Source: Diplonema japonicum
Lineage: Eukaryota; Protista; Euglenozoa: Diplonemea
Length of the DNA stretch: 64,000 bases
NCBI GenBank assembly: GCA_964019335.1
Contig: OZ025712.1
Span: 434,001-498,000, forward strand
Direction of reading: 5' to 3'
The notes beneath the pieces are model-generated. The model was not told where the DNA came from. It saw only the letters and a list, made by a program, of their open reading frames with translations, and ran no database searches. The translations under genes were made by a program, and so were the position numbers. This document shows positions 44,166-54,718 of this stretch, piece after piece. Positions within the stretch are counted from its first letter, which is position 1, and the number at the start of each line of letters is the position of its first letter.

Positions 44166-45584
44166 ATGGCGAAGGGTGCACGTGTTGGGGACTGCAGTGC
44201 CTTGGGACCCGCTTTTCTCATTGCATGTTTGGTGCTGTTACAGCAATGCGGAAAGGCCCTTTGGGAGGAGAAACTCCGGGAGCCCGCGGAGATCGAGGAT
44301 GTAACAGTGGCAGTAGTTGTAGGAAAAGAAGATGTGAAGAACTTAACTCGATTGTTACGGAGCATGGAGCAATCAGCTGTAAAACCTGCAGCAGTGCAAG
44401 TGTACTACGAAGGGGATGTCAACATGAGTGAGTGGAAGCAGGTGCAGACGGTGGCCATCGGTGAGGTGAGCGAACCAAACCCTAACAGGAACTGGCGTGC
44501 TATCGTGAACCATGCCCTGAAGCATGCCACCACCAACACAGTGCTGTATGTGTCGCCGAGATACGTGTTCAGATCAGACAACTTACGAAGGCTTCCCACT
44601 TTACTGAAGGAACCTGGCTACTTGTGTTTTACTTTTGGCAATGTATGCACCTCGCGTGCACAGGCCTTTCTTAAAGGTCATGAGCAAACAGCGAGGATGT
44701 TGTCATATGCGAACAAAGTGTCTGACTTGAGCAGTGTCTTCAGCGAGCGTGGGTATCGAATAGGGTTGTATCCGGGGGTTCAAGAGGATGTGCGGCCTAT
44801 TTTGAATGTTACAAAGGTGCTCGCTAGATTGAATCGGGCGCCCAGTGCGAAAGAAAAACCATCAAGCACAGCAAGAATTGTGATTGTGACAGTGCTTCCG
44901 CACTCAATGTCACATCAGCCAGAACTTTGCAAGTACTGGGCCAAGCAGGGTGTAAAACGAGTTTGCCTGTCGAGGGACATACTTGGTGCCTTTGCAAAAA
45001 GCATGAACGGAGCTGGGTTGCCATACCAGCCATTGCTGATGGTGGGCATCTACACTGATAATCAAGCGGAGCGTGCAGGTTGGCAGGTCATATGTGACGA
45101 CATAGGCGTGCAGCCTGTATTCCTCCATACTTATTTTGACAACAAGCCTTCGTCATGGGCCATCAACACTATCGCCAACAGTGCATCACAGTTCCTGGGC
45201 CACGACCCAGATGGCGTGTGCTACCTTCCTCCATCGGCAGTGCTACCCACCTCCAGCATCGATGCCTGGTCTGCTCTGCCACTCAGTCTCATGACCTACC
45301 CAATCATCGCACCGACTGACCCCTTAGTCTCGAGCATTTGTGTATCTAATAGGCAGCTTAAAACAACAAAATGGCTATTGCCACTAGGGTTAAACCACAC
45401 GGCCGGCATTGCTGTTATTAAAAATACAATCAAAGGAAGCCAGGCCAAGCACACGCCTTCTGTAGAACATGTAACTGGCACAACAGCTGCAAAGATTTTG
45501 TCAGAAAGTATCAACCATAACAAAAGCATAATTGTTTCGAGAGTGTACTTAGCGCACGTGTTTGCAGAGTATCTTAGAGGGTGA
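44166..45584 (+). CDS. Type II membrane protein, possibly glycosyltransferase-like
   Basis: N-terminal hydrophobic anchor; long ORF; family uncertain. Confidence 0.55.
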   Translation: MAKGARVGDCSALGPAFLIACLVLLQQCGKALWEEKLREPAEIEDVTVAVVVGKEDVKNLTRLLRSMEQSAVKPAAVQVYYEGDVNMSEWKQVQTVAIGEVSEPNPNRNWRAIVNHALKHATTNTVLYVSPRYVFRSDNLRRLPTLLKEPGYLCFTFGNVCTSRAQAFLKGHEQTARMLSYANKVSDLSSVFSERGYRIGLYPGVQEDVRPILNVTKVLARLNRAPSAKEKPSSTARIVIVTVLPHSMSHQPELCKYWAKQGVKRVCLSRDILGAFAKSMNGAGLPYQPLLMVGIYTDNQAERAGWQVICDDIGVQPVFLHTYFDNKPSSWAINTIANSASQFLGHDPDGVCYLPPSAVLPTSSIDAWSALPLSLMTYPIIAPTDPLVSSICVSNRQLKTTKWLLPLGLNHTAGIAVIKNTIKGSQAKHTPSVEHVTGTTAAKILSESINHNKSIIVSRVYLAHVFAEYLRG

Positions 45585-45636
45585 GTGACGACAGTTATTT
45601 ACATTACCTTCTTGACAAAACAGCCCCACAGGAAAC

Positions 45637-46633
45637 ATGGCTGACGAGGAGACGACCATTCGCCCGAGGGGGGAGTCGAGGATCAAGGGGCAGACAGGGA
45701 GGGGAGCATGTGGTAGGAACTGGGGACAGGTCTTGCGTCTCATGGGATGCATCTCGATGTTGTCGCTTGGCGTTATATGCGTGGTGGACATCTTCGATGT
45801 GATCAGCTCCTTCAAGCTGAACGTGATGTGCCTGGACGTCTTCATGATCATCTTTGCTATTGTGGGTCTCTTCGCGGAGCTGCGCAACACCGAGTGTCTT
45901 GCTGGCATGGGCTACTCCATAGTTAGGAACATGTACTTCATCACCACCTACCCGGGCCGTGCCGGGTGGTACATTTTCATGGGGACATGCAACCTCGATC
46001 CTGACTTTAAGTGGTACCGTCTTGTGAGCGGCGGCTTTACAACTGGTACAGGGCTCCTTATCATGTTGCTGCTAATGTGCATTCGGGACCTTCCTAGATA
46101 TGAAGATGAGGAGAAAGTCAAGAAGGGTGCCAAGCCTAAACCAAAGGGCAGAGGTGCCAAGGGGGGCAAAGGAAGCAAACAGAAGAACGACGATCGGGAG
46201 ATGAGCGATACTGACTCGTATGAAGAAGATAAAAGAAGGAACGAAGACCTCGAGGCGATGTACTATGGTGGACAGAAGAACCAGGAAAGGAAACAGGAGA
46301 AACCGCAAGACTACCGACTAGCCAACCCGTTTGAACAAGGGAGGCCCACGGCAGGGTCAGTGGCGACAACTGTTTATAAGAACGGTGATGCACCTGCAGT
46401 GGCTTCTGCTGTCGCACGTGGAGACAACGCCTCTGCCGCAGCCACAGTGACCAGGTCGGTGGTGATGGGACCTGCGGGCACTGCACCCCCACAGTCGCAT
46501 GCCTTGTACGCAGAGTATGAGGATGATCAAGACGACAAGAAGGATGCTAACGACGATAGCGAGGTATGCATTGCAGCCAAAGGCACAACACCCACAGCTT
46601 GAAAAGATGTACGCTCAGATGAAGGGGAACTAG
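45637..46633 (+). CDS. COPI-associated / TVP15-like multi-pass membrane protein
   Basis: Hydrophobic segments with FAEL...MYFITTYPGRAGWYIFMG; intron 46564-46597, then LEKMYAQMKGN*. Confidence 0.7.
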
Positions 46634-46962
46634 TCAGCTCACACCTCACTCAATACCTTGCCTACAAGTAGGGGTGTCAATAGCACCCACCGGGCAAGGG
46701 AATAACTAGATAAAACACGTCCTTTCTTCTTTCTTTCTTCCCCATGATAAGTATAAGTTAGCTTTCGACCATGCCATGTTTCATATTACGTGCTTCATTT
46801 CTTTTCAATTAGCACGCGGTAGTGGAACCTGTAAGTAGTCTCATTGTCGTTCCACTATTTTCTGCTCAGTGTGCGCCAGTGGGCATTTAACGCGACTTGT
46901 TCATCCGTCTTTCCAAATGAGCACACGGTTATTATTTCTGTGCAACTAGTGCTTTAATACCT

Positions 46963-48564
46963 ATGCTGCACAGGTTACACATGCCTGAGAGAAAGGATCA
47001 GTACTGCGCATTGAAGCTAGATGTAGATATCAGCAGCATGCTGCGTGAAATGGTGGGATCAGACAGGTTGCGGAAGGAACAGATACGAGAGATTTTCTCG
47101 AGTATCCCTAGTAGGCATGACAATAGAGCAAAAGTACTCGTTCCTGTACCACCCAGTCGTCCGATCTGTTTCGATCCAAAAGGCAGAGCATGGTGGCACT
47201 CTAGGTGGCCAGCAAGAAGATGGCCACTTACAAGAGACGCTCCAACCCCGGTAAGCAACCAGTCTGACGAAGTGAGCAACATTCCCATCAAAGAGAAGAC
47301 GAGGAAAGCTGCGCAAGTCTCAAGGCGAGAAGGTGTCTCTGTCATAGTCAAGCCTGCCGTCAATATGGAAGATGAGATGGAGAAGCAGCGCAAAGCAGAG
47401 CTGATGATGCTGTTAAAGTTGATCCAAGCTACCCCCGAGACTATAAACAAGACACTAGCAACAAAAACGAAGGAAGGCAGAACTTACGTAGTTGATACAA
47501 CCAAGTACTTCCCGCTCGTGCCGCTTGCAGGGCTGTGCAGAACAGACGTTAGGTTCTCAGTGTGTAGGTACCACAGCATGCTGAGGAGGTGCCCCAGAGG
47601 CCTGATGTGCCATTTCATGCACTCCACCACGAGAATGAAGGAAAATTTTCGACGAATGACACTGAAAGTTCTAGCCAGAATTGAATGGATGCGAACGGGG
47701 AAGGAACCTACATGGCCACCTGTCGAGCACGACCCTTCGCCCACTACACACCATAAAAAATGGGAATGGAATGACATACAAGCATCGTATCTGCCTTTCT
47801 GGATCCTCACCAAGCCAGACAGCATTGATGCTCCGTTATACATCAGCAGCCTGTGTGACGAACTTCTGCGGAACGGCACCAGAATACGGAGATTCGAGCT
47901 GCGGAAGTGCCCGCTGACACCCAAGCTGGTGGAAAGGCTGTGTTATGCGCTGCAGATGTGTGGGGCGTTGTCGGAGGTGGTGTTCGCCTACACTGACCTC
48001 ACTGACAGGGAGGCACCTGTGTTGGGTGAGTTCATGGATGCGAATCAGACCGTCACAACGTTGGAGCTGCCCTACAACAACTTGGGTCCCTCTGGGGTTT
48101 CCATCCTGGCAGGGACAGCAAGTGCTCGACTGCGACACCTGTCCTTTCACTCGAACCCTGTCGGGAACGACGGTGCTGCAGCTCTTTCCAGGATGCTGCA
48201 AGGCTTATCGCACATCATCTCGCTGCGCCTCTCGTCGACCATGATAGGAGACCATGGCTGGACCTTCATCTCCCGAGCATTGCAGAACAACTCGAACCTT
48301 GCAAGCCTGTTCCTCGATGCTACACATCCTACCATGACAGGGTGCTTGTATTTTTACCACGCATTGAAGAGCAACATGACCTTGGTAGAGTGCGGCATGC
48401 GGTACATTAAAGCAATCACGCCGTGCTATCAGGAGAACATCATAAAGTTACTGCAAAGAAACCATTCGGCCAGACGAGAGAGACGTAAAAAGGTTATGAA
48501 ACGTGCTTTGATCACCCCTTTCATGGCGCAAAGAAGCAACCCACCAGAGACAACAAACAAGTAG
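46963..48564 (+). CDS. CCCH zinc finger + RNI-like LRR protein
   Basis: CRYHSMLRRCPRGLMCHFMH; L.L..N.LG..G...L..AL repeats; start may be ATG 46981. Confidence 0.75.
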   Translation: MLHRLHMPERKDQYCALKLDVDISSMLREMVGSDRLRKEQIREIFSSIPSRHDNRAKVLVPVPPSRPICFDPKGRAWWHSRWPARRWPLTRDAPTPVSNQSDEVSNIPIKEKTRKAAQVSRREGVSVIVKPAVNMEDEMEKQRKAELMMLLKLIQATPETINKTLATKTKEGRTYVVDTTKYFPLVPLAGLCRTDVRFSVCRYHSMLRRCPRGLMCHFMHSTTRMKENFRRMTLKVLARIEWMRTGKEPTWPPVEHDPSPTTHHKKWEWNDIQASYLPFWILTKPDSIDAPLYISSLCDELLRNGTRIRRFELRKCPLTPKLVERLCYALQMCGALSEVVFAYTDLTDREAPVLGEFMDANQTVTTLELPYNNLGPSGVSILAGTASARLRHLSFHSNPVGNDGAAALSRMLQGLSHIISLRLSSTMIGDHGWTFISRALQNNSNLASLFLDATHPTMTGCLYFYHALKSNMTLVECGMRYIKAITPCYQENIIKLLQRNHSARRERRKKVMKRALITPFMAQRSNPPETTNK

Positions 48565-49045
48565 TGGTCACCATTCTTCCAAATCCAGTAGTGGTTCTAT
48601 TAGAACGAGAACGTCAACACAGACACTGTTCTCTCCCCTTCACAGGCGGCTTCCTGTATGTATTTGGTTAATGTTATTTTTGCCCTTATGCAGCAGGGGT
48701 CAATGGGAGAATCCATTTTTTTCACATGTAGGGGCCCTCGGAAAAGCAGGGGTCGGGGCACCAGAAATGTAATGTAAAAAAGACATTCCATGGTGTGTGA
48801 ATGCTCCACCTGACCAGGCGAGGCCTGACTTGGAAGCGTACTTTCTCTGCCCACTTTAGCCCCTTTGAAAGGAGATACAATTTCAAGGAACGCAACTGTT
48901 GAGTGATTTCAATGAAAATTTTCGCATTTGGTCTTGTGCCTTTAAAGAAAAGGAACAACGGAAAAAAGAGGGGGGGGGGGGGGGGGGGGCATTTGCTGAT
49001 TTATCAACTCACGCCCCTTAAGAATTAAAGGATATACACAACGAA

Positions 49046-50125
49046 ATGTCTGCGAACGGGAAGCTTCGGGGGGAGGACATTGCAGCATGGGCTATGAACG
49101 TGACTAGCTGTGTAGCGATCATCATGATCAATAAGCAGCTGATGGCAGCCTCCGGTTACGGCTTCAATTATGCAACAACGCTGTGCGGATTCCACTTCAT
49201 GGTAACAGGCGCTGCCAGTAAATTGTACAAAATGTGGACTGAAGTACCGCCTCCCACTGCGGAAGAGGACATCGATGGAAAGGAGAAACCAAGATCGCTG
49301 CCTATTGTGGATCTCGTGACCTTCGTTATCATCGCAAACGTCAGCATAGTTAGCTTGAACACGTCACTCATGATCAATCACGTGTCCATGTACCAGATAG
49401 CTAAGCTGGGCATCCCACCTCTCTCTGCCTGCATTGAGAGGGCTTGGTTTGGCAACACATACTCAACACATCAGATCGGCGCCATGATAGTGACACTTAT
49501 AGGCGTGTCCCTTGTCACTGTCGCGGAGTTCAGTATCCAGGGCGACACGCTAGGTGTGACGGTTGCCGGGATCAGCATTGTGGCGTCTTCATTGCAGCAA
49601 ATCCTGTGCGGGTACTACCAGAAAAAGAACCGAATGTCTTCAAATGATTTCTTGAGTGCGGTCAGCACGTGGCAGGGTATCTGCTGCCTCATCTGCGGTC
49701 CTTTCATCGACTATGGCTTTACTAAGTCCTGGGTGACAAGCTACGAGTTCAATTCAGGATCCATGACCTTTTTGGTCCTTTCCTGCTTGGCATCTGTCAT
49801 TGTGAATGCCTCGCACTTCATGTATGCCCTGCACACACGACTGCAACCCATCCCACAGATGTCTAGGACGTTTCTCTGCAGTGTCGTACCAGATCCTGGG
49901 CCACACCAAAACAGTGATGGTGCTGGTTCTGGGGTACTATTTTTTCGGGGGTGTTGTGAGGTCCAACCAAGTCGTTGGTGGCATTCTCGCCATCATGGGT
50001 ATGCGCATACACATCACACCAGCACCCATGCAGGGATGGCCGCTTACGGTTATTATACGCAGAAGCTGAAGGCTAAACCCCCTGCGTCGCCGCGATCGCC
50101 AAGGTCGCCTAGAACCGAGCTGTAG
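49046..50125 (+). CDS. Nucleotide-sugar transporter (TPT/SLC35E, UXT/URGT-like)
   Basis: [27 protein letters not shown]. Introns 49822-49858 and 49999-50033 restore [20 protein letters not shown]; the ORF track reads the wrong frame between them. Confidence 0.9.
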   Translation: MSANGKLRGEDIAAWAMNVTSCVAIIMINKQLMAASGYGFNYATTLCGFHFMVTGAASKLYKMWTEVPPPTAEEDIDGKEKPRSLPIVDLVTFVIIANVSIVSLNTSLMINHVSMYQIAKLGIPPLSACIERAWFGNTYSTHQIGAMIVTLIGVSLVTVAEFSIQGDTLGVTVAGISIVASSLQQILCGYYQKKNRMSSNDFLSAVSTWQGICCLICGPFIDYGFTKSWVTSYEFNSGSMTFLVLSCLASVIVNASHFMYALHTRLQPIPQMSRTFLCSVVPDPGPHQNSDGAGSGVLFFRGCCEVQPSRWWHSRHHGYAHTHHTSTHAGMAAYGYYTQKLKAKPPASPRSPRSPRTEL

Positions 50126-50585
50126 GCAGAACTGAAATTGTACGCACAAGGTCACGGTGCGATGCTCAAGCATACACAAGAAGGAAAGAACCCGCAAACC
50201 CGACTCTTCTTTTTTATAAGCACAAAAATGCAGAAGGGTTAAGTAGTTTTTTTTTTGACTCATTTTTAATTTGTTCCCTCCAGTCCCTAGTACCCTTAAT
50301 GGTGCGTGGCCGTAGACCGAGTGTCTACCCAACCCACCTATTGCCTGTCTGGCGCTTGCAGTAGTGGCAAAGGAGTGCATTAAGTACTTTACGTATTCAG
50401 CGTCCACTGTCGCGCGAGGCCTTCTAGGAACCTACCAATACACACTAACATGACTTGTTCCCTTGGAAATAGCACTGAATTCATGAATGGAAGGTGTAGA
50501 AATGTGTTGGTATATGAGTGGAACGGAGTGAGAAATAGTCGTTTACTATCTGCACAGTCATCTTACATCACACAGGACCATCAAA

Positions 50586-51552
50586 ATGGACAGCGAGACA
50601 TTCTACAAGAACGTGGCAGGTGACAAGGAGTCGGTGTCGAAGGCTGACGTGAGAAAGTACCTGATTGATGCAGCGGAGGAGCTTGAGAAGGTGTTGAAGG
50701 GTGAGGGGTTGTCTATCTTCAAGCAGGCCATGGAAGGCGAAGGTGAAGTTGACAAGGACTTGCTGATGACTTTCTTCGAGAAGGGCAAAGATCTCAGCGA
50801 AATGGACAGTAAAAAGGAGCCGCCCACCAGCGAGAAATTTCCTGCCGCCTATGACGAGTGCATCCCAGGTGATGCTTCTTTCAAGTTCCAGCTCGGGCAT
50901 CAGGAGATGTCGCGTGTCATGAAGGAGCTTGAGACCATTTTCCGTTCGCAGCCCTGCGACTGGCTTCCCGTGGAAGCCATGGGCAACCTGCTTGCTATTG
51001 AGCTTGGCTACGAAGATGTTGCGGAGTTCGAAGACGCGCTTGAGGGAGAGTTCAGCGATTTCGTGAAGGGTCTTCCCAACGCAGAGCTGAGCACCAACGA
51101 GCGTGGCACGCCTGTGTTGAAACTTCGTCAGGATGTGGAAGGACCACCCAGGAAAATGACGCTGCAAGTCACAGACAGGAAGCACCTGTGGCATGTTCTG
51201 ATGCAGGCGCCCGATGCGAGGATCACAATTGTGGAGTTGGAGTTCGAGATCCAGCCTATGGGCGAAAGGAGGATCGATACGGTATGTACAAGCACAAGCA
51301 CAAAATCAATAATCGCAGCTTTACAACCACATCGGTGCTGCAGTGTGGAACCTTGGCCAGTACGTCAGGGACGCCAACCTGTCGCAGGACGTTGAGAATA
51401 AGATTCTGGACACTATCCACTGCCTGAACGCCGCTCTGGATGTGGAGAACCCTTTCACCATCATCGTGGAGGACCCCACCAGCAGGAGCTTGTGGCAACC
51501 CATCGACGACGTCAAGATCGAGGCCACGGGTATCCAGGCGCAGGCTGCGTGA
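50586..51552 (+). CDS. ZPR1-domain-like protein without zinc finger
   Basis: L..VL..PDARITIVELEFEI and PFTIIVEDPTSRS match the ZPR1 A/B domain; intron 51282-51318. Confidence 0.65.
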
Positions 51553-51810
51553 GACCCCCCTTGCAGCTTCCTATGAAACTGTCATCCAGCGTCAGCAAAC
51601 CACTAACCCGTACACTAGGAAGCGCAGGACAAAGTCATACGCAGTACACCCCTTTCCCATGGATTCTTTTTTACTTACAGCATAGTTTAGTTTCTCATTC
51701 TTCCCCCTCCCCCCCTCCCTTCTTTTTATTCCGTTTCATGTTCTTGCCCAACCCCAGCATCAGTTACATCATTAGTCTCCCTTTGTTCTGCTCTTACATA
51801 CATAGGCACC

Positions 51811-52005
51811 ATGGTGTTCAGCATGATATCTTCCGTGCACGGTCTGGGGCAGTACTGCAGGGAGGCGAAGACGTTAGGGGTGTCGCCTGCAAAGCACTGG
51901 TCGATAGGAAGCTGCAAGGCAGCAGGGTTTACAAACATTGTGGGGTACGTGGCACCCCCCGACAAGGATGTAATTTACACGAGAAGAGTGGTGAACAAGC
52001 AGTAA
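51811..52005 (+). CDS. Putative 64-aa microprotein
   Basis: Pyrimidine tract + ATAG acceptor + GCACC-ATG; coding-like island between two low-complexity spacers. Confidence 0.5.
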   Translation: MVFSMISSVHGLGQYCREAKTLGVSPAKHWSIGSCKAAGFTNIVGYVAPPDKDVIYTRRVVNKQ

Positions 52006-52340
52006 CGTATATTTACACACAAAGTGGTGGTCATAGTTTAGTGGTCTTGTTTTTTTATTTTAGTTCGTTCTCCTCTCTTTTTCTTTCTTTTGTTTTCGAG
52101 AGACAGGCTGAGTGGGACTGAAGGACCGACTTCATATTTTCGTTTGTGCCTTGTCTGTGTTCATTCGTGCCTTTGGTGGCTCGGGTCGGTTCAGCCCGCT
52201 CCGTTTTAGTCTCGCGACTTGTCTTTTTCCCTGGTGTAGAAAACAAAGAAAAATATAAATAGAAAAAAAGGGGCAATAGAAGAGGGAAGAATAAAAAAAA
52301 AAAAAAAAGGGATACAGGTCTTTGTTATTGTCCGGTCAAT

Positions 52341-53063
52341 ATGCTTAAATCAACGTTGCTCCTTTCTTCTGCTGTGTGCACCATCCTTGCTCAAGAAGAT
52401 GCGGCCTCTATAGTTAACGACGCGGCCGCTGCTGCGAAGAACGTGGATCTGGCAGCCGCGACCGAAGCAGGTGAAATGCTGCAAACATTTGAGCCAATCC
52501 CCACGATCGCTATTCCCGAGCAGTTCCAAGCGGTCTTCGAAACGGACATTCTTATGGACGGCAAGATGCAAAACTTCGTCGTGAATGTCACGAGTGCTTT
52601 TGCTCCGATGGGCGCGGAGCAGTTCTACAAGTTGATGAAAGACGAGTTCTATAATGGTGCGTGCTTCTTCCGTGTGGTGCCTGACTTTGTCATCCAGTTC
52701 GGGATCGGTGCTGACCCCGAGATGACAAAGAAGTGGTCGGTCCCCATCCTGGACGACCCTGTCGAGGTGTCTAACGAGGAGGGCACCATCGCCTTTGCCA
52801 CAGCAGGCCCCGATACCCGCACCACACAACTCTTCGTCAACTACGCTGATAACAAGGCGCTTGATGCACAAGGCTTTGCACCCATCGGTCAGGTGGTGCA
52901 CGGTCTCGACGCGCTACGCCTGGCTTACAACCCCACCCCTGGTAAGCCTGGTGGCGCGGACCAGCAACAGTACGAAATGAAAGGCAACGCCTGGCTGAAG
53001 CCTAAGGTGCCCAAGATCAACCAAATCGTCCGTGCTTACATAAGTTGGGAGTCAGCGGTATAA
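52341..53063 (+). CDS. Secreted cyclophilin-type peptidyl-prolyl isomerase
   Basis: Signal peptide; FFRVVPDFVIQFG, GTIAFATAGPDTRTTQLFVN, LD.QGFAPIG.V. Confidence 0.9.
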   Translation: MLKSTLLLSSAVCTILAQEDAASIVNDAAAAAKNVDLAAATEAGEMLQTFEPIPTIAIPEQFQAVFETDILMDGKMQNFVVNVTSAFAPMGAEQFYKLMKDEFYNGACFFRVVPDFVIQFGIGADPEMTKKWSVPILDDPVEVSNEEGTIAFATAGPDTRTTQLFVNYADNKALDAQGFAPIGQVVHGLDALRLAYNPTPGKPGGADQQQYEMKGNAWLKPKVPKINQIVRAYISWESAV

Positions 53064-53290
53064 TCGCGCTTTTCGTTTCATTAGTGTACATAGTGTGCTA
53101 TACAAAACTGTGCTCAGCCGACCCGACGTTGCCCTTGTATGGTGGCGTTGCTTATTAGAATAAAGCATACTGGTTCTTGCCTGGCTGAGTATATCGCCAA
53201 TACAGAGATACTCTTGGCCATACTTATTACTTTACCTTCTTTAATATAATCAATATCATTCGTGTTAATCCAAACCTTCAGAAAGGGGAA

Positions 53291-54526
53291 ATGAAATGGT
53301 TCTCTTTCGAGAGACCGAAGGATAGTCTGACGGACCTTACTGAGGTTTGCACACGGCTTGATGGGCTGGAGCTTGTTTTGAACGAGCTGAAGGACAAAGT
53401 AAGTGAGCTGAGACACACCTGCAAGTCTCCGGAAGAGATGATTGGGGAGAAAATGGAAGTCCTACACCGATGGGAAGAGATCGAGGAACCGATAATGAGA
53501 TGTGCAAGGGAACTACAATGCATCGTGTCGGGGGATAAAACAGTTGTTGATTTGGCACAAATGCAGATGAGGAGGGTTGAAACTGTCCTGAACGAGGGGA
53601 GCGATCTTACAGCACTGCTTTCTGCCGCCAGGTGGGCTGTGCAAGACATCACATCCATCACCCCTGCATACCTTAAGACTGACTTGTGGCTGGAAAGTGT
53701 CTCTGCTCTCGAGCAGGAAGAAACACGCTGTCGCTTCGAGTACCAAAGGGGTGAAGAGATCGTCTTCTCCGACCTCGTCAAAGCTTTTAAGCCGAAGAAA
53801 TACCAACCATCCTCTAAGAGCAGCAGTGCCATCCCAGCACACTGGACGGGAACCTCGTTCATGACTCCGCGGTTACACGATGTCACCAAAGAGATGGCCG
53901 ATTCAGTGTCTGCCATCTTCGAGGGTAGCGGCACTGTGTGCAGCATTTACCGACTAGAGAGTCTCGCCATGTGGTCAGCCTACATAGGAGCAAAAGAAGC
54001 ACTGCAGCAAAAAGGGCGTCAAGGGAAACCTTACCTTGGGATTGTGACGGCGACTGACTTGATGCTGGATGGGGTGGAGATGCTTGAAGGAGATCTGTCT
54101 GAAGAGCTGAACGAGAAGTGGTTACTCCTCCCATGCAGAAACGAGTCTGATGTTGAGCAAGTGCTGCAGTGTGGCGTGCAACATTTAAGGAAGAACAGCG
54201 GGTTATTTGGTGCGGGATTATACCTTGCAGAGACTCCTGCCAGGGCCAACAAGGTGTGTGGAGGTGCGACCCCCACTATCGTCCTTGTTCGTGCACTCCT
54301 CACTGCCACACCCCACGTAACCGCAAACCCTATCTCAGCACCACCCGAGCCGGTCACTGTTGCCACGTGTAAGATGAGCCATTCTAAACTGCAACCCCCG
54401 TCACGCCCAGATTCCTGGTTGGATGAACACCGCGAGTTCATAGTTTCTGACAGTACACTGTGCTATCCTGCATATGTCATTAGGTACACAAAAGGGCATG
54501 ACACTCTAGCTTTCCATACATATTAG
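53291..54526 (+). CDS. Coiled-coil + PARP catalytic-like domain protein (probably inactive)
   Basis: NEKWLL, GLFGAGLYLAE, REFIV...CYPAYVIRY; the FHG His is absent. Confidence 0.65.
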   Translation: MKWFSFERPKDSLTDLTEVCTRLDGLELVLNELKDKVSELRHTCKSPEEMIGEKMEVLHRWEEIEEPIMRCARELQCIVSGDKTVVDLAQMQMRRVETVLNEGSDLTALLSAARWAVQDITSITPAYLKTDLWLESVSALEQEETRCRFEYQRGEEIVFSDLVKAFKPKKYQPSSKSSSAIPAHWTGTSFMTPRLHDVTKEMADSVSAIFEGSGTVCSIYRLESLAMWSAYIGAKEALQQKGRQGKPYLGIVTATDLMLDGVEMLEGDLSEELNEKWLLLPCRNESDVEQVLQCGVQHLRKNSGLFGAGLYLAETPARANKVCGGATPTIVLVRALLTATPHVTANPISAPPEPVTVATCKMSHSKLQPPSRPDSWLDEHREFIVSDSTLCYPAYVIRYTKGHDTLAFHTY

Positions 54527-54594
54527 TTATCGACGCACTAACCTCTACCTTTATTCTACTTTCATTTATTTATGAGAAAATTGCTAACTTGACT

Positions 54595-54681
54595 CTAAGT
54601 TCGGATATGCTCAAAAGCAACCCCCTTTAGTTTGAGCAGTTTGGAACTAAGGGGCTGATTTTGAGCGTTTCGAAAACTTAG
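54595..54681. repeat. Imperfect ~87-bp inverted repeat (hairpin)
   Basis: CTAAGTTCGGATATGCTCAAAAGCAACCCCCTTTAGTT pairs imperfectly with AACTAAGGGGCTGATTTTGAGCGTTTCGAAAACTTAG. Confidence 0.7.
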
Positions 54682-54718
54682 GTTACTTTGTGCAACCCTT
54701 CAGGAACTGGGCATCAAA

